Assembly: GCA_902611145.1 (NCBI GenBank) | Contig: CACLYO010000005.1 | Location: 13,154 to 77,153 of the forward strand | Length of the DNA stretch: 64,000 bases | Direction: 5' to 3' | Origin: an uncultured Pelagibacteraceae bacterium | Lineage (GTDB): Bacteria > Pseudomonadota > Alphaproteobacteria > Pelagibacterales > Pelagibacteraceae | Shown: positions 47,425-56,890 of the stretch, in pieces | Layout: every line of letters begins with the position of its first letter | How positions within the stretch are numbered: position 1 is the first letter of the stretch | The notes under the pieces: model-generated | Database searches by the model: none | Seen by the model: only the letters and a program-made list of their open reading frames with translations | Told to the model about the DNA's origin: nothing | Position numbers and translations under genes: made by a program

Positions 47425-48456
47425 TTATACAAAAGTATCATTAAATTGGTTAGATACTCTGACAAATGTCGTGCATTTGCTTAGTTGTTTAAGAGAAGGT
47501 GCACCAACGTATGTGCAGCTACTTCTAATTCCTCCAAGAATATTTGAAATAGTATTTTTTATTTTTCCCCTGTATTTAACTCTGACAATTCTACCTTCAC
47601 TACTTCTGTAATCAGACAAGCCACCATAATGTTTTTGATTAGCTGTTAGCGAACTTGATCCATAAAACTCTATATATTTACTTCCGTTACTTTTTACAAT
47701 TTTACCTTTTCCCTCATCATGTCCTGCAAGCATTCCTCCAAGCATTACAAAATCAGCACCAGCACCAAAACCTTTTGCAACATCACCTGGACACGTACAA
47801 CCACCATCAGCAATAATGTGTGCTCCTAAACCATGCGCTGCATCAGCACATTCTATAACTGCACTTAACTGTGGATAGCCAACACCAGTTTGAATTCTTG
47901 TTGTACAAACACTTCCAGGTCCGATACCAACTTTTACTATATCGGCGCCACTTAATATTAGTTCTTGGGTCATATCTGCAGTAACAACATTTCCAGCTAT
48001 AATTGTTTTTGTTGGATATTTTTCTCTAACTGACTTTATAAACTTACTGAAGCGTTCAGAATATCCATTAGCAACATCTATACAAATAAATTTGATAAAA
48101 CTAAATTCTTTCAATAGTTTATCAAGTAAATTGAAGTCATCTTTTTTAATACCAACACTTAAAGAAATATTTTTGTAAATTGATTTAATTTTTTTATATT
48201 GATTTAATTTTTTAATATCATGTTGTTTAGTTAAACAGGTAATCATGTCGAATTCAGACATTTTTTCTGCAACACCTAATTCACCAACACCATCCATATT
48301 TGCAGCCATGATTGGAATTCCTGACCATTCACTATTGCTATATTTGAATTTGTAAGTTCTTTTTAAATTTACATCTTTACGACTTGATAAAGTGCTTCTC
48401 TTAGGTCTGAAAAGTACATCTGAATAATCAAGCTTTAGCTCTTCTTCAATTCTCAT
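47425..48456 (-). CDS. guaC: GMP reductase
   Basis: LDYSDVL.RPKRSTL.SR, AANMDGVG, DVANGYSE, GIGPGSVCTTR, YRSSEG. Confidence 0.95.
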   Translation of the reverse strand: MRIEEELKLDYSDVLFRPKRSTLSSRKDVNLKRTYKFKYSNSEWSGIPIMAANMDGVGELGVAEKMSEFDMITCLTKQHDIKKLNQYKKIKSIYKNISLSVGIKKDDFNLLDKLLKEFSFIKFICIDVANGYSERFSKFIKSVREKYPTKTIIAGNVVTADMTQELILSGADIVKVGIGPGSVCTTRIQTGVGYPQLSAVIECADAAHGLGAHIIADGGCTCPGDVAKGFGAGADFVMLGGMLAGHDEGKGKIVKSNGSKYIEFYGSSSLTANQKHYGGLSDYRSSEGRIVRVKYRGKIKNTISNILGGIRSSCTYVGAPSLKQLSKCTTFVRVSNQFNDTFV

Positions 48457-48507
48457 TTAAACTGTAAGTTATTAGTATAAAAACTAATTTCAAATTAATA
48501 AATTGCC

Positions 48508-48516
48508 TGTGGATAA
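48508..48516 (-). promoter_or_regulatory. consensus DnaA box upstream of guaC
   Basis: TGTGGATAA on the plus strand = TTATCCACA on the guaC strand, about 50 nt upstream of the start. Confidence 0.4.
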
Positions 48517-48562
48517 GTTTTTACAATTTGAGTTAAGTATTTCCATCCATTTCTTGCTAGCA

Positions 48563-49762
48563 TTATTTAATAAATTTTAGAAAAGTGTTACAGATATAAT
48601 CTAATTGTTTTTTACTCATACCTTGATGACAACCAATCAAAATTCCATTTTTCATAACATCATTAGCAACATTTTCACAATTACTATGTTTTTTATAATA
48701 TCTATTCTTCATAGCAGGTTGTTTTAAAATATTTCCAGTAAAAATTGTTCTCGTTTGTATATTATTTTTTTCAAAGAAAATTTGCATTTTTTTTCTATTA
48801 AATAAATTATTTTTTTTTATTACTAGTGGAAAAGCTAGCCAAGGGGTCTTTACACCAGAATACTGCTCGGGCAAGTGAAAAAGTTTGTTAAATTTTTTAA
48901 AAAAACTTTCTAAATATTTAAAATTTTTGTTTCTCAATTCTATATTTTTTTTTAATTTTTTAATTTGTTCTAGAGCAAAGGCAGCTGATATTTCAGAAGG
49001 TAAAAAATTATATCCCATATCAGAAAAAATATATTTTGCATCGTAGTCGATACCAGATATTTTTACATTGAATCTTTTTGATATTTCTTCTGACTCATTA
49101 AAAGTTGCTGATGATCTTCCCCAGCCCCTTAATAATTTTGCTTTTTCATATAATTTATAATCGTTAAAACATACCATTCCACCTGTGCCTGCACCGTTGA
49201 TTATATGTGATGCATAGAAACTATTGGTAGCAATATCTGATAAATTTCCAGTATTTTTATTATTAACTTTATATCCAATTGTATCTGCAGAATCTTCTAT
49301 TACTTTAAGATTAAATTTTTTTGCAATTTTATTTATTTTTTTCCAGTCAGCAATATTTCCTAAAAGATTAGGTATCATTATAGCGACAGTTTTTTTATTT
49401 ATACATTTTTCTATTTGATTTGGATCTGCAAGAAATTTATTTTTTACCACACCTACAAAATGAGGAATTAAACCAAGCTGATAAATAGGAGCAACTGTTG
49501 TAGAAAAGGTTAGATTTGGAGTAATTATCTCTGAATTTTTTTTAAAATTAAAAGAAGACAAAGCTAATAAATTTGCAGATGATCCAGAATTAACCATTAA
49601 TCCATATTTTTTACCAAAAATTTTAGCAACAGTTTTTTCTAATTTTTTTACATGCTTGCCATCTATTAAAGTAAGACTATTTTTTTTTAATACTTTTAGA
49701 ACTGCTTTAATTTCTTTATGATTATAGACAGCTCTGCCGTAATATATCTTTTCTTTTCTCAT
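48563..49762 (-). CDS. DegT/DnrJ family NDP-4-keto-6-deoxysugar 3-dehydratase (RfbH/ColD-like)
   Basis: VNSGSSANL, IPNLLGN, IEDSAD, SFYASH (His at the PLP-Lys position), WGR, IQTR..F.GNI. Confidence 0.8.
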   Translation of the reverse strand: MRKEKIYYGRAVYNHKEIKAVLKVLKKNSLTLIDGKHVKKLEKTVAKIFGKKYGLMVNSGSSANLLALSSFNFKKNSEIITPNLTFSTTVAPIYQLGLIPHFVGVVKNKFLADPNQIEKCINKKTVAIMIPNLLGNIADWKKINKIAKKFNLKVIEDSADTIGYKVNNKNTGNLSDIATNSFYASHIINGAGTGGMVCFNDYKLYEKAKLLRGWGRSSATFNESEEISKRFNVKISGIDYDAKYIFSDMGYNFLPSEISAAFALEQIKKLKKNIELRNKNFKYLESFFKKFNKLFHLPEQYSGVKTPWLAFPLVIKKNNLFNRKKMQIFFEKNNIQTRTIFTGNILKQPAMKNRYYKKHSNCENVANDVMKNGILIGCHQGMSKKQLDYICNTFLKFIK

Positions 49763-49768
49763 TTTAAT

Positions 49769-50638
49769 TTATCTGATGATTTTTTTTAAATAGTTTGAAT
49801 ATTCACAATTACCATAAAAAATAATTTGTTTTAAAATTTCTTTTTTTCCAATCCATTTATTTAGGTATGCTATTTCTTCTAAGCATGCAATTTTTAAACC
49901 TTGCCTTTTCTCTATAGCAGAGACAAATGCACTTGTTTTGTAAAAATCTTCAATAGACCCAGTATCGAGCCAAGCACCACCTCTACCGATCAAATCTGAA
50001 GATAAATTTCCTTTTTTTTGATATTGTTTTATTAAATCAATTATTTCTAATTCACCTCGTTTAGAAGGTTTTAATTTTTTCGAATATTTGATGACTTTAT
50101 TATCAAAAAAATACAAACCTGTTACCGCTAAATCAGATATAAATTTTGATGGTTTTTCAATAATTTTTATTACTTTATTTTTTTTATTTATCTTAGCAAC
50201 ACCATACTGTTCAGGCTTAAGTACTTTGTGTAATATTATTTTAGCTCCTTTATCTAATTTTCTATAATTTAAAAGTTGTTCTGTTAAATTCTGTCCATAA
50301 AAAAAATTATCACCTAATATTAGAGCAACATTTTCAGATCCAATGAATTTTTGCCCCAATATAAAAGCATCTGGTAAACCTTTTGGAGTTGGCTGTTCTA
50401 TAAATGAAATCTTAATACCTAGATTTTTGCCATCTGGTAAAATTTTCTTATATTGATTAAGTTGTCCTTTATTAACTATTATTAAAATATCTTTAATTTT
50501 TGCAAGCATTAAAATTGATAGAGGATAAAATATTAGTGGCTTATCATAAATAGGTAGTAATTGTTTATTTACTGCTTTTGTCAAAGGACTCATTCTTGTT
50601 CCTTTTCCACCAGCTAAAATTATTCCTTTTTTTATCAA
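49769..50638 (-). CDS. rfbA: glucose-1-phosphate thymidylyltransferase (RmlA)
   Basis: GIILAGG.GTR, KQLLPIYDKP, LGDNFFYG, RGELEI, WLDTG. Confidence 0.93.
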   Translation of the reverse strand: MIKKGIILAGGKGTRMSPLTKAVNKQLLPIYDKPLIFYPLSILMLAKIKDILIIVNKGQLNQYKKILPDGKNLGIKISFIEQPTPKGLPDAFILGQKFIGSENVALILGDNFFYGQNLTEQLLNYRKLDKGAKIILHKVLKPEQYGVAKINKKNKVIKIIEKPSKFISDLAVTGLYFFDNKVIKYSKKLKPSKRGELEIIDLIKQYQKKGNLSSDLIGRGGAWLDTGSIEDFYKTSAFVSAIEKRQGLKIACLEEIAYLNKWIGKKEILKQIIFYGNCEYSNYLKKIIR

Positions 50639-51652
50639 TTATTTCCCCAATCTCTTAATGATATCTTTTTTATTTAAATTACTAAAGTATTTTTGATTGT
50701 TATAGTACCATAAAAAAGTTTTATTAAGGCCTTTCATAAAATTAGTTTTAGATTTCCATCCAAGTTTTTTTTTAATTTTATTACTATTTATTGCATATCT
50801 TAAATCATGACCAGGTCTATCTTTAATGTATTTTATTTTTACATTTTTTCCTAAGTCGATATGTATTTTAGCAGTTTTAATTAATGAACTTGTTATTTGA
50901 ATATTATTTAAATTTTTGTTTGAACCGATATTATAAAATTCTCCTATTTTTCCATTTAAAAAAACTTTAAGAAGAGCTTCACAATGATCTTCAACATAAA
51001 TCCACTCTCTTGAATTTAAGCCTTTTCCATAAATGGGTAATTTTCGATTATTAATTATATTATAAATCAATTTTGGTATTAATTTTTCAGGATGTTGACG
51101 GGGCCCAAAGTTATTGGAACAATTAGTTATTATTGCTGGAATTTTAAAAGTTCTAACATAAGAATAAACTAAATGATCAGAAGAAGCTTTACTTGCAGCA
51201 TACGGTGAACTTGGTTTGTACTGATAATTTTCATCAGATCTACCGGAGAGAACATCACCATAAACTTCATCCGTGGAAATATGAATAAGTTTTGCTTTTG
51301 AATTTAATTTGTTAAATTTTCTAAAACATTCAAGCAAATTATAAGTGCCTAAAATGTTGCTTTTAATAAAATGTTTTGGTTCATCTATTGATCTATCCAC
51401 ATGAGTTTCCGCTGCAAGATTAAATATACCACAAGGTTTTATTTTTTTGAAAATAGTAAATAATTTTTTATTATTAATATCTAGTTTTATAAATTTGTAA
51501 TTTTTATTATTTTTAAAAGATTTAATATTATAGAAATTTGATGAGTATGAAACTTTATCAATATTTAATACAAAATATTTTTTTTTTAATAACAGCTGAA
51601 TAAGGTTGCTTCCAATAAATCCCAAACCACCTGTTACTATTACTTTTTTCAT
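50639..51652 (-). CDS. rfbB: dTDP-glucose 4,6-dehydratase (RmlB)
   Basis: TGGLGFIG, AAETHVDRSI, STDEVYG, YAASK, DRPGHD.RY. Confidence 0.95.
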   Translation of the reverse strand: MKKVIVTGGLGFIGSNLIQLLLKKKYFVLNIDKVSYSSNFYNIKSFKNNKNYKFIKLDINNKKLFTIFKKIKPCGIFNLAAETHVDRSIDEPKHFIKSNILGTYNLLECFRKFNKLNSKAKLIHISTDEVYGDVLSGRSDENYQYKPSSPYAASKASSDHLVYSYVRTFKIPAIITNCSNNFGPRQHPEKLIPKLIYNIINNRKLPIYGKGLNSREWIYVEDHCEALLKVFLNGKIGEFYNIGSNKNLNNIQITSSLIKTAKIHIDLGKNVKIKYIKDRPGHDLRYAINSNKIKKKLGWKSKTNFMKGLNKTFLWYYNNQKYFSNLNKKDIIKRLGK

Positions 51653-51722
51653 AATTTTGTTTTTTACATTAGATGAAACTGTTAGTATACCTAGTAAAAT
51701 ATATCTTATAAATCAACTTAGT

Positions 51723-52607
51723 ATGTCAATATCTAGGCAGAATTTAACTGTAGTAATAGTCACGCTAAAAAGTGATCACGTTATCGACCAATGTATTCAA
51801 TCAATAGATGGCAATATTTCAATTTTAGTAGTTGAAAATTCACAAAATCAAGATTTTAAAAACAATATAGAAAAAAAATACAAAAACGTTTCTTGTATAT
51901 TGACAAATAAAAATATTGGTATGGGATCAGGAAATAATTTTGGGATTTTAAACACAAAAACTGACTTTGTAATGATATTAAATCCTGATGTATTATTGTT
52001 TAACGACACAATTGATAAATTAATAGAAGCAGGAAAACTATTAAAAGATTTTGCAATATTAGCTCCACTTTCAGATAATTTAAAATTTCCAAATTATAAA
52101 ACTACATCTAAAAATGTTAATAATAGCAATGTACTTGAAGTTGATAGTGTAGACGGATATTCAATGTTAATTAATAAAAAAAAAATTACCAAATTACTAA
52201 ATACTGAAAAAAATGAAAAATTTTTCGATGAAAATTTTTTTATGTATTTAGAAAATGATGATTTGTGTAAAAGGATAAAAGACAATAAAGAAAAAATTTT
52301 TGTTGTACAAGACTCTAAAATCAAACATTATGGTGCTAAAGCGGTTTCAGATAAATTTTATAACGAAGTAGAGTTATCAAGAAATTGGCATTGGTCGTGG
52401 TCGAAATTTTATTACACTAAAAAACACAAAGGATATATTTATGCATTAATAGAAGGTTTGCCAAAATTATTTAGCTCTATGATTAAATATTTTTTTTATT
52501 TAATTATAAATAAAAAATATAAATCAAAAATATATCATAAAAGAACTTCGGGTCTTTATAATGCAATAATAGGAAAATCATCATGGTACAGGCCAAAACT
52601 TGATTAA
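51723..52607 (+). CDS. GT2 family glycosyltransferase (WbbL/rhamnosyltransferase-like)
   Basis: VVENS, N.GMGSGNN, LNPDV (DxD-like), FDENFFMYLENDD. Start moved to the ATG at 51723. Confidence 0.85.
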   Translation: MSISRQNLTVVIVTLKSDHVIDQCIQSIDGNISILVVENSQNQDFKNNIEKKYKNVSCILTNKNIGMGSGNNFGILNTKTDFVMILNPDVLLFNDTIDKLIEAGKLLKDFAILAPLSDNLKFPNYKTTSKNVNNSNVLEVDSVDGYSMLINKKKITKLLNTEKNEKFFDENFFMYLENDDLCKRIKDNKEKIFVVQDSKIKHYGAKAVSDKFYNEVELSRNWHWSWSKFYYTKKHKGYIYALIEGLPKLFSSMIKYFFYLIINKKYKSKIYHKRTSGLYNAIIGKSSWYRPKLD

Positions 52608-52608
52608 T

Positions 52609-53499
52609 ATGAATGAAAATCTTTTATCAAAATTAACTGTAATAATTTTAACTTATAAAACTAACAGAGAAATTTTATCTAATTGTTTAAAGTCAATAGA
52701 TGAAAAAGTTAAAATTAAAATTATTGAAAATTCTGAAAATTTTGAAAACGAAAAAGAATTTCTAAGTAATTTTTCAAATTTAACAATTGAATGTACAGGT
52801 AAAAATTTAGGATTTGGTGGGGGAAATAATTTTGGATTTAATAAAACAAATACTAAATTTGTTTTAGCTTTAAGTCCAGATACTATTTGTGATAAAGATT
52901 TTTTTGAAAATATTAAATTATATCTTAAAGATAATTTAGATTTTTCACTTATAGGAGTAAGTTACTATCAAAATCAACCATTTCCAACCTATGGATACTT
53001 TAATAAATCAAAAAAAAAGGAAACATTAATAGATTCATTAATCGATGTAGATTGGATAGCGGGATGTGCAATGCTAATTAATTTAGACAAATATAAAAAT
53101 AAAACAGTATTTGATGAAAATATTTTTATTTATTTTGAAGATTTTGATATTTGTTTTCAAGCAAAAAAAAATGGAGGTAAGGTCTTTTCTAGTAAACTTT
53201 TATTAATTGAACATCTTGGCAATAAAGGCTCCTTAGCTGCTGATCCAAACTTTAAAGATATAGCTCAAAATTTTAAGGACTGGCATTGGACATGGTCTCA
53301 GTTTTATTTTTATAAAAAAAACTATAATTATTTTTATGCTATGAAAGAGTGTTTTTTTAAAATGACAAAAAGTTTAATTAAAATGTTTTTTTATAAATTA
53401 TTAAGAAATAAAGATGCTTTTAATAACTCTAAATATCGTTTTTCAGGTTTTTTTAATTCAATGATTGGAAAAAAATCTTATTATAGAATTGAAGATTAA
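52609..53499 (+). CDS. GT2 family glycosyltransferase (paralogue of the upstream gene)
   Basis: IIENS, NLGFGGGNN, LSPDT, FDENIFIYFEDFD, WHWTWS.FY shared with the neighbour. Confidence 0.85.
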   Translation: MNENLLSKLTVIILTYKTNREILSNCLKSIDEKVKIKIIENSENFENEKEFLSNFSNLTIECTGKNLGFGGGNNFGFNKTNTKFVLALSPDTICDKDFFENIKLYLKDNLDFSLIGVSYYQNQPFPTYGYFNKSKKKETLIDSLIDVDWIAGCAMLINLDKYKNKTVFDENIFIYFEDFDICFQAKKNGGKVFSSKLLLIEHLGNKGSLAADPNFKDIAQNFKDWHWTWSQFYFYKKNYNYFYAMKECFFKMTKSLIKMFFYKLLRNKDAFNNSKYRFSGFFNSMIGKKSYYRIED

Positions 53500-54023
53500 T
53501 GCCCCGGAAATTCAATTAGACTGCTTATTTTATAATTTTTCTCTTTTAATTTGTTACAACCATTTAAATCAAAAAGATTTATAACAAAAATAAATCCAGC
53601 AACTTTGCCATTTGAAATTTCCACTAATTTAGATGCAGCTTCAGCTGTTCCACCAGTCGCAATTAAATCATCAATTATGAGTACAGAATCTTTTTTTTCT
53701 ATTGAGTCTTTATGTACTTCAATTGTAGCTTTTCCATATTCAAGTTCAAAATCAACAGAGTAAGTGTCTGCTGGCAATTTATTTTTTTTTCTCAACATTA
53801 TAAAAGGTTTTTTTAATATATATGATACTGCTGAAGCAAACACAAAACCTCTCGATTCAATTGCTGCGATTTTATTAAATTTAAAATTTTTTGATTTTTC
53901 AACAATTTGATTAATACATTCTGCGAATGCTTTTTCATCTTTAATTAGAGTAGTAATGTCTCTAAATAATATTCCTTTTTTAGGATAGTCCGGTATTGAT
54001 CTAATATATTCTTTTAAATCCAT
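53496..54023 (-). CDS. apt: adenine phosphoribosyltransferase
   Basis: PDYPKKGI.FRDIT, ESRGF, LEYG, IIDDLIATGGT. Confidence 0.95.
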   Translation of the reverse strand: MDLKEYIRSIPDYPKKGILFRDITTLIKDEKAFAECINQIVEKSKNFKFNKIAAIESRGFVFASAVSYILKKPFIMLRKKNKLPADTYSVDFELEYGKATIEVHKDSIEKKDSVLIIDDLIATGGTAEAASKLVEISNGKVAGFIFVINLFDLNGCNKLKEKNYKISSLIEFPGH

Positions 54024-54063
54024 AAATTTTTAAGTTATAAATAATTAAATCATTTTAAATAAT

Positions 54064-54933
54064 ATGACAAATAAATTAGCTGTAATTGGTGGAAGTGGTC
54101 TTTATGATGTTGAAGAATTTAAAGATAGGGAATTATTAGAAATTAATACACCCTGGGGTAAGCCTTCTGATAAAATTTTAAAAACAACTTATAATAATAA
54201 AGAAGTTTATTTTCTTCCAAGACATGGGCGTGGTCACTTTATTAACCCTTCAAATATTAATTTTAGAGCAAATATAGACGCTCTTAAACAATTAGGTGTT
54301 ACAGATATTGTTTCTGTTTCAGCTGTAGGATCTTTAAAAGAAGATTTACCGCCAGGAAAATTTGTTATTGTTGATCAATTTATAGATAGAACTTTTGCAA
54401 GAAATAAAACTTTTTTTGATGATGAGATAGTTGCTCATGTTTCTATGGCTCACCCAACATCCAATGGATTAATGAATGCATGTGAAGAAGCTATTAAAAA
54501 AGAAAAAATAGAATACCAGAGAAATGGAACATATGTCGTTATGGAAGGTCCTCAGTTTTCAACATTAGCAGAATCAAATTTATACAGATCCTGGAAAGCA
54601 GATGTAATTGGAATGACAAATATGCCCGAGGCTAAATTAGCAAGAGAAGCTGAAATTAGATATGCGTCAGTCTCAATGGTAACGGATTATGATTGCTGGC
54701 ATCCTGATCATGAAAATGTTGATGTTCAGCAAGTAATAAAAGTTCTTTTAGGAAATGCTGCAAAAGCAAAAAACATGATTAAAAATTTAATAGAAAATTT
54801 TGAAAAGCATATCGATCCAAAAGATCCAACAAATAATTGTTTAGATGTTGCTATAATTACTGCTCCAGAAAAAAGAACACAAAAAACTAAAGATAAGTTA
54901 AAAACAGTAGCTGGTCGAGCACTAATTAAATGA
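54064..54933 (+). CDS. mtnP: 5'-methylthioadenosine phosphorylase
   Basis: IGGSGLY, TPWGKPS, RHGRGH, EGPQFST.AES, GMTNMPEA.LAREA, TDYDCW. Confidence 0.93.
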   Translation: MTNKLAVIGGSGLYDVEEFKDRELLEINTPWGKPSDKILKTTYNNKEVYFLPRHGRGHFINPSNINFRANIDALKQLGVTDIVSVSAVGSLKEDLPPGKFVIVDQFIDRTFARNKTFFDDEIVAHVSMAHPTSNGLMNACEEAIKKEKIEYQRNGTYVVMEGPQFSTLAESNLYRSWKADVIGMTNMPEAKLAREAEIRYASVSMVTDYDCWHPDHENVDVQQVIKVLLGNAAKAKNMIKNLIENFEKHIDPKDPTNNCLDVAIITAPEKRTQKTKDKLKTVAGRALIK

Positions 54934-54954
54934 AACAAAATTATGAACTAAAAA

Positions 54955-56025
54955 ATGAAAATTGAAGGAAAAGAATATCGTACAATCTGGTTTGAAAATA
55001 ATGTTGTAAAAATTATTGATCAAAACAAACTTCCACACCAATTTATAATTAAAGATCTAAAAACAGTAAAAGATGCAATTAATGCAATTAAAACTATGGA
55101 GGTAAGAGGCGCACCTCTTATTGGAGCTACAGCAGCTTATGGATTAGTTTTAGCTATTATTGAAAATAATGATCAATCTTTTTTAAAAGAGTCAGCAGAA
55201 AATTTAATTAATTCAAGACCTACAGCTATAAATTTAAAGTGGGCTGTTAATAGAATGATAAAAAAATTATCAGGTGTTAATAGTGATAAAATTTTAGAAA
55301 TAGCATTAAATGAAGCAAAAGAAATTTGTGAGGAAGATGTTAAATTCTGTGAAAATATTGGATTAAATGGTCTTAAAATAATTGAAGAAATTTATAATAA
55401 AAAAAAAGATACAGTTAATATTTTAACTCATTGTAATGCTGGATGGCTTGCAACAATTAATTGGGGAACTGCAACTTCTCCAATTTATCATGCACACAAA
55501 AAAGGAATACCAGTTCATGTATGGGCTGATGAAACAAGACCAAGAAACCAAGGAGCTAATTTAACATCTTATGAATTAAACGAGGAGAATATACCAAATA
55601 CTATTATTGCAGATAACACTGGAGGTATTTTAATGCAAAGAGGTCAGGTTGATATGTGCATTGTTGGAACAGATAGAACATTAGCTAACGGAGATGTTTG
55701 TAATAAAATTGGAACCTATTTAAAGGCATTAGCAGCCAAGGATAATAATGTTCCTTTTTATGTAGCATTACCAAGTTCAACAATTGATTGGGATATAAAA
55801 AATTACAAAGACATACCAATAGAAGAGAGGCAATCAGAAGAACTATCACATATAGAAGGCTTAGATGAAAATGGAAATGTAAAAAAAATTCAAATTTATC
55901 CAAAAAAAAGCAAGGCAATGAATTTAGCTTTTGATATAACTCCTGCCAAATATGTTACTGGACTTATAACAGAAAAAGGAGTTTGCAAGGCATCTGAAGA
56001 AGGTTTAAAAAAAATATTTAAATGA
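54955..56025 (+). CDS. mtnA: methylthioribose-1-phosphate isomerase
   Basis: VRGAPLIG, RPTAINL, THCNAG, ETRP..QG, NKIGTY, AFDITP. Confidence 0.95.
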   Translation: MKIEGKEYRTIWFENNVVKIIDQNKLPHQFIIKDLKTVKDAINAIKTMEVRGAPLIGATAAYGLVLAIIENNDQSFLKESAENLINSRPTAINLKWAVNRMIKKLSGVNSDKILEIALNEAKEICEEDVKFCENIGLNGLKIIEEIYNKKKDTVNILTHCNAGWLATINWGTATSPIYHAHKKGIPVHVWADETRPRNQGANLTSYELNEENIPNTIIADNTGGILMQRGQVDMCIVGTDRTLANGDVCNKIGTYLKALAAKDNNVPFYVALPSSTIDWDIKNYKDIPIEERQSEELSHIEGLDENGNVKKIQIYPKKSKAMNLAFDITPAKYVTGLITEKGVCKASEEGLKKIFK

Positions 56026-56225
56026 AAAAAAATTTGTATCCAATTATTTTTGTAATTTTAGCTATTTTGGCTTTATATTTAACAAAATTTGAGTATGGCT
56101 CATTTAGTTATGAAAAATCTCTTAAAGGATGCATGATAGCACAAAAAAATTTGTCAAAAAATAAAACTGTTGAAGAGATTAAAAATTTTTGTGAAACAGA
56201 AATTAATAAAAAACTAAAAAAGTAA
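56022..56225 (+). CDS. small membrane-anchored hypothetical protein
   Basis: N-terminal TM helix, two Cys; overlaps both neighbours (ATGA and TAATG junctions). Confidence 0.65.
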   Translation: MKKNLYPIIFVILAILALYLTKFEYGSFSYEKSLKGCMIAQKNLSKNKTVEEIKNFCETEINKKLKK

Positions 56226-56884
56226 TGCAAAATTTGAAAGAAGAAGTAATAGAATTTGCACAAAAGCTTAATAGTACTAATCTTTCACCTTTAAGATCTG
56301 GAAATGTTTCAGTAAGAACTACTATTAATAATACAGAAGGTTTTTTAATTACTCCTTCGGGAATAAAATATGAATTGCTTAAAGAAACAGATGTTGTTTT
56401 TTTAGAATTAAATAAAGAGTATGATTTTTTAAAAATTTTTAACTCAGGATTGAATCCATCCTCAGAGTGGCGTTTTCACCAAGACATTTATTTGAAAAAA
56501 AAAGAAGCTAAAGCAATCGTTCACGCCCATTCACCTCACGCTACAGCTGTATCGGCACATGGTAAATCAATTCCTGCTTTCCATTATATGATAGCACTTG
56601 CAGGTGGAGATGACATAAAATGCTCAGAATATGCAACTTTTGGAACTAAAGAACTTTCTCAAAATATTATTAAAGCTTTAGAAAAAAGAAAAGCGTGTTT
56701 GATGTCAAACCACGGCCAGGTTGCATTTGGGCAAAATTTAAAACAAGCTTTTGAACTTGCTGAAGAAGTTGAAAACATTTGTCATCAATACATAAATACA
56801 ATAAAGTTAGGAGAACCAAAGATTCTTTCATTTACAGAAATGCAAAAAATCTTGGAAAAAATAAAAAGTTATAAAAAAGGATAA
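56225..56884 (+). CDS. class II aldolase, FucA-like (Ald2 of the DHAP shunt)
   Basis: SGNVS, ITPSG, PSSEWRFH, HAHS, HYMIALAGG and NHG, all FucA-type. Confidence 0.85.
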   Translation: MQNLKEEVIEFAQKLNSTNLSPLRSGNVSVRTTINNTEGFLITPSGIKYELLKETDVVFLELNKEYDFLKIFNSGLNPSSEWRFHQDIYLKKKEAKAIVHAHSPHATAVSAHGKSIPAFHYMIALAGGDDIKCSEYATFGTKELSQNIIKALEKRKACLMSNHGQVAFGQNLKQAFELAEEVENICHQYINTIKLGEPKILSFTEMQKILEKIKSYKKG

Positions 56885-56890
56885 TTTTTT

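Noticed and set aside
51606-51722. N-terminal extension of the first GT2 in the ORF track
   Set aside because: It overlaps the divergent rfbB start; the GT2 fold begins at the ATG at 51723.
56225-56884. Annotation as MtnB dehydratase or as a fucose-catabolism gene
   Set aside because: The motifs are FucA-type (PSSEWRFH, HYMIA) rather than MtnB-type, and there are no fucose genes nearby; the context favours the DHAP-shunt aldolase.
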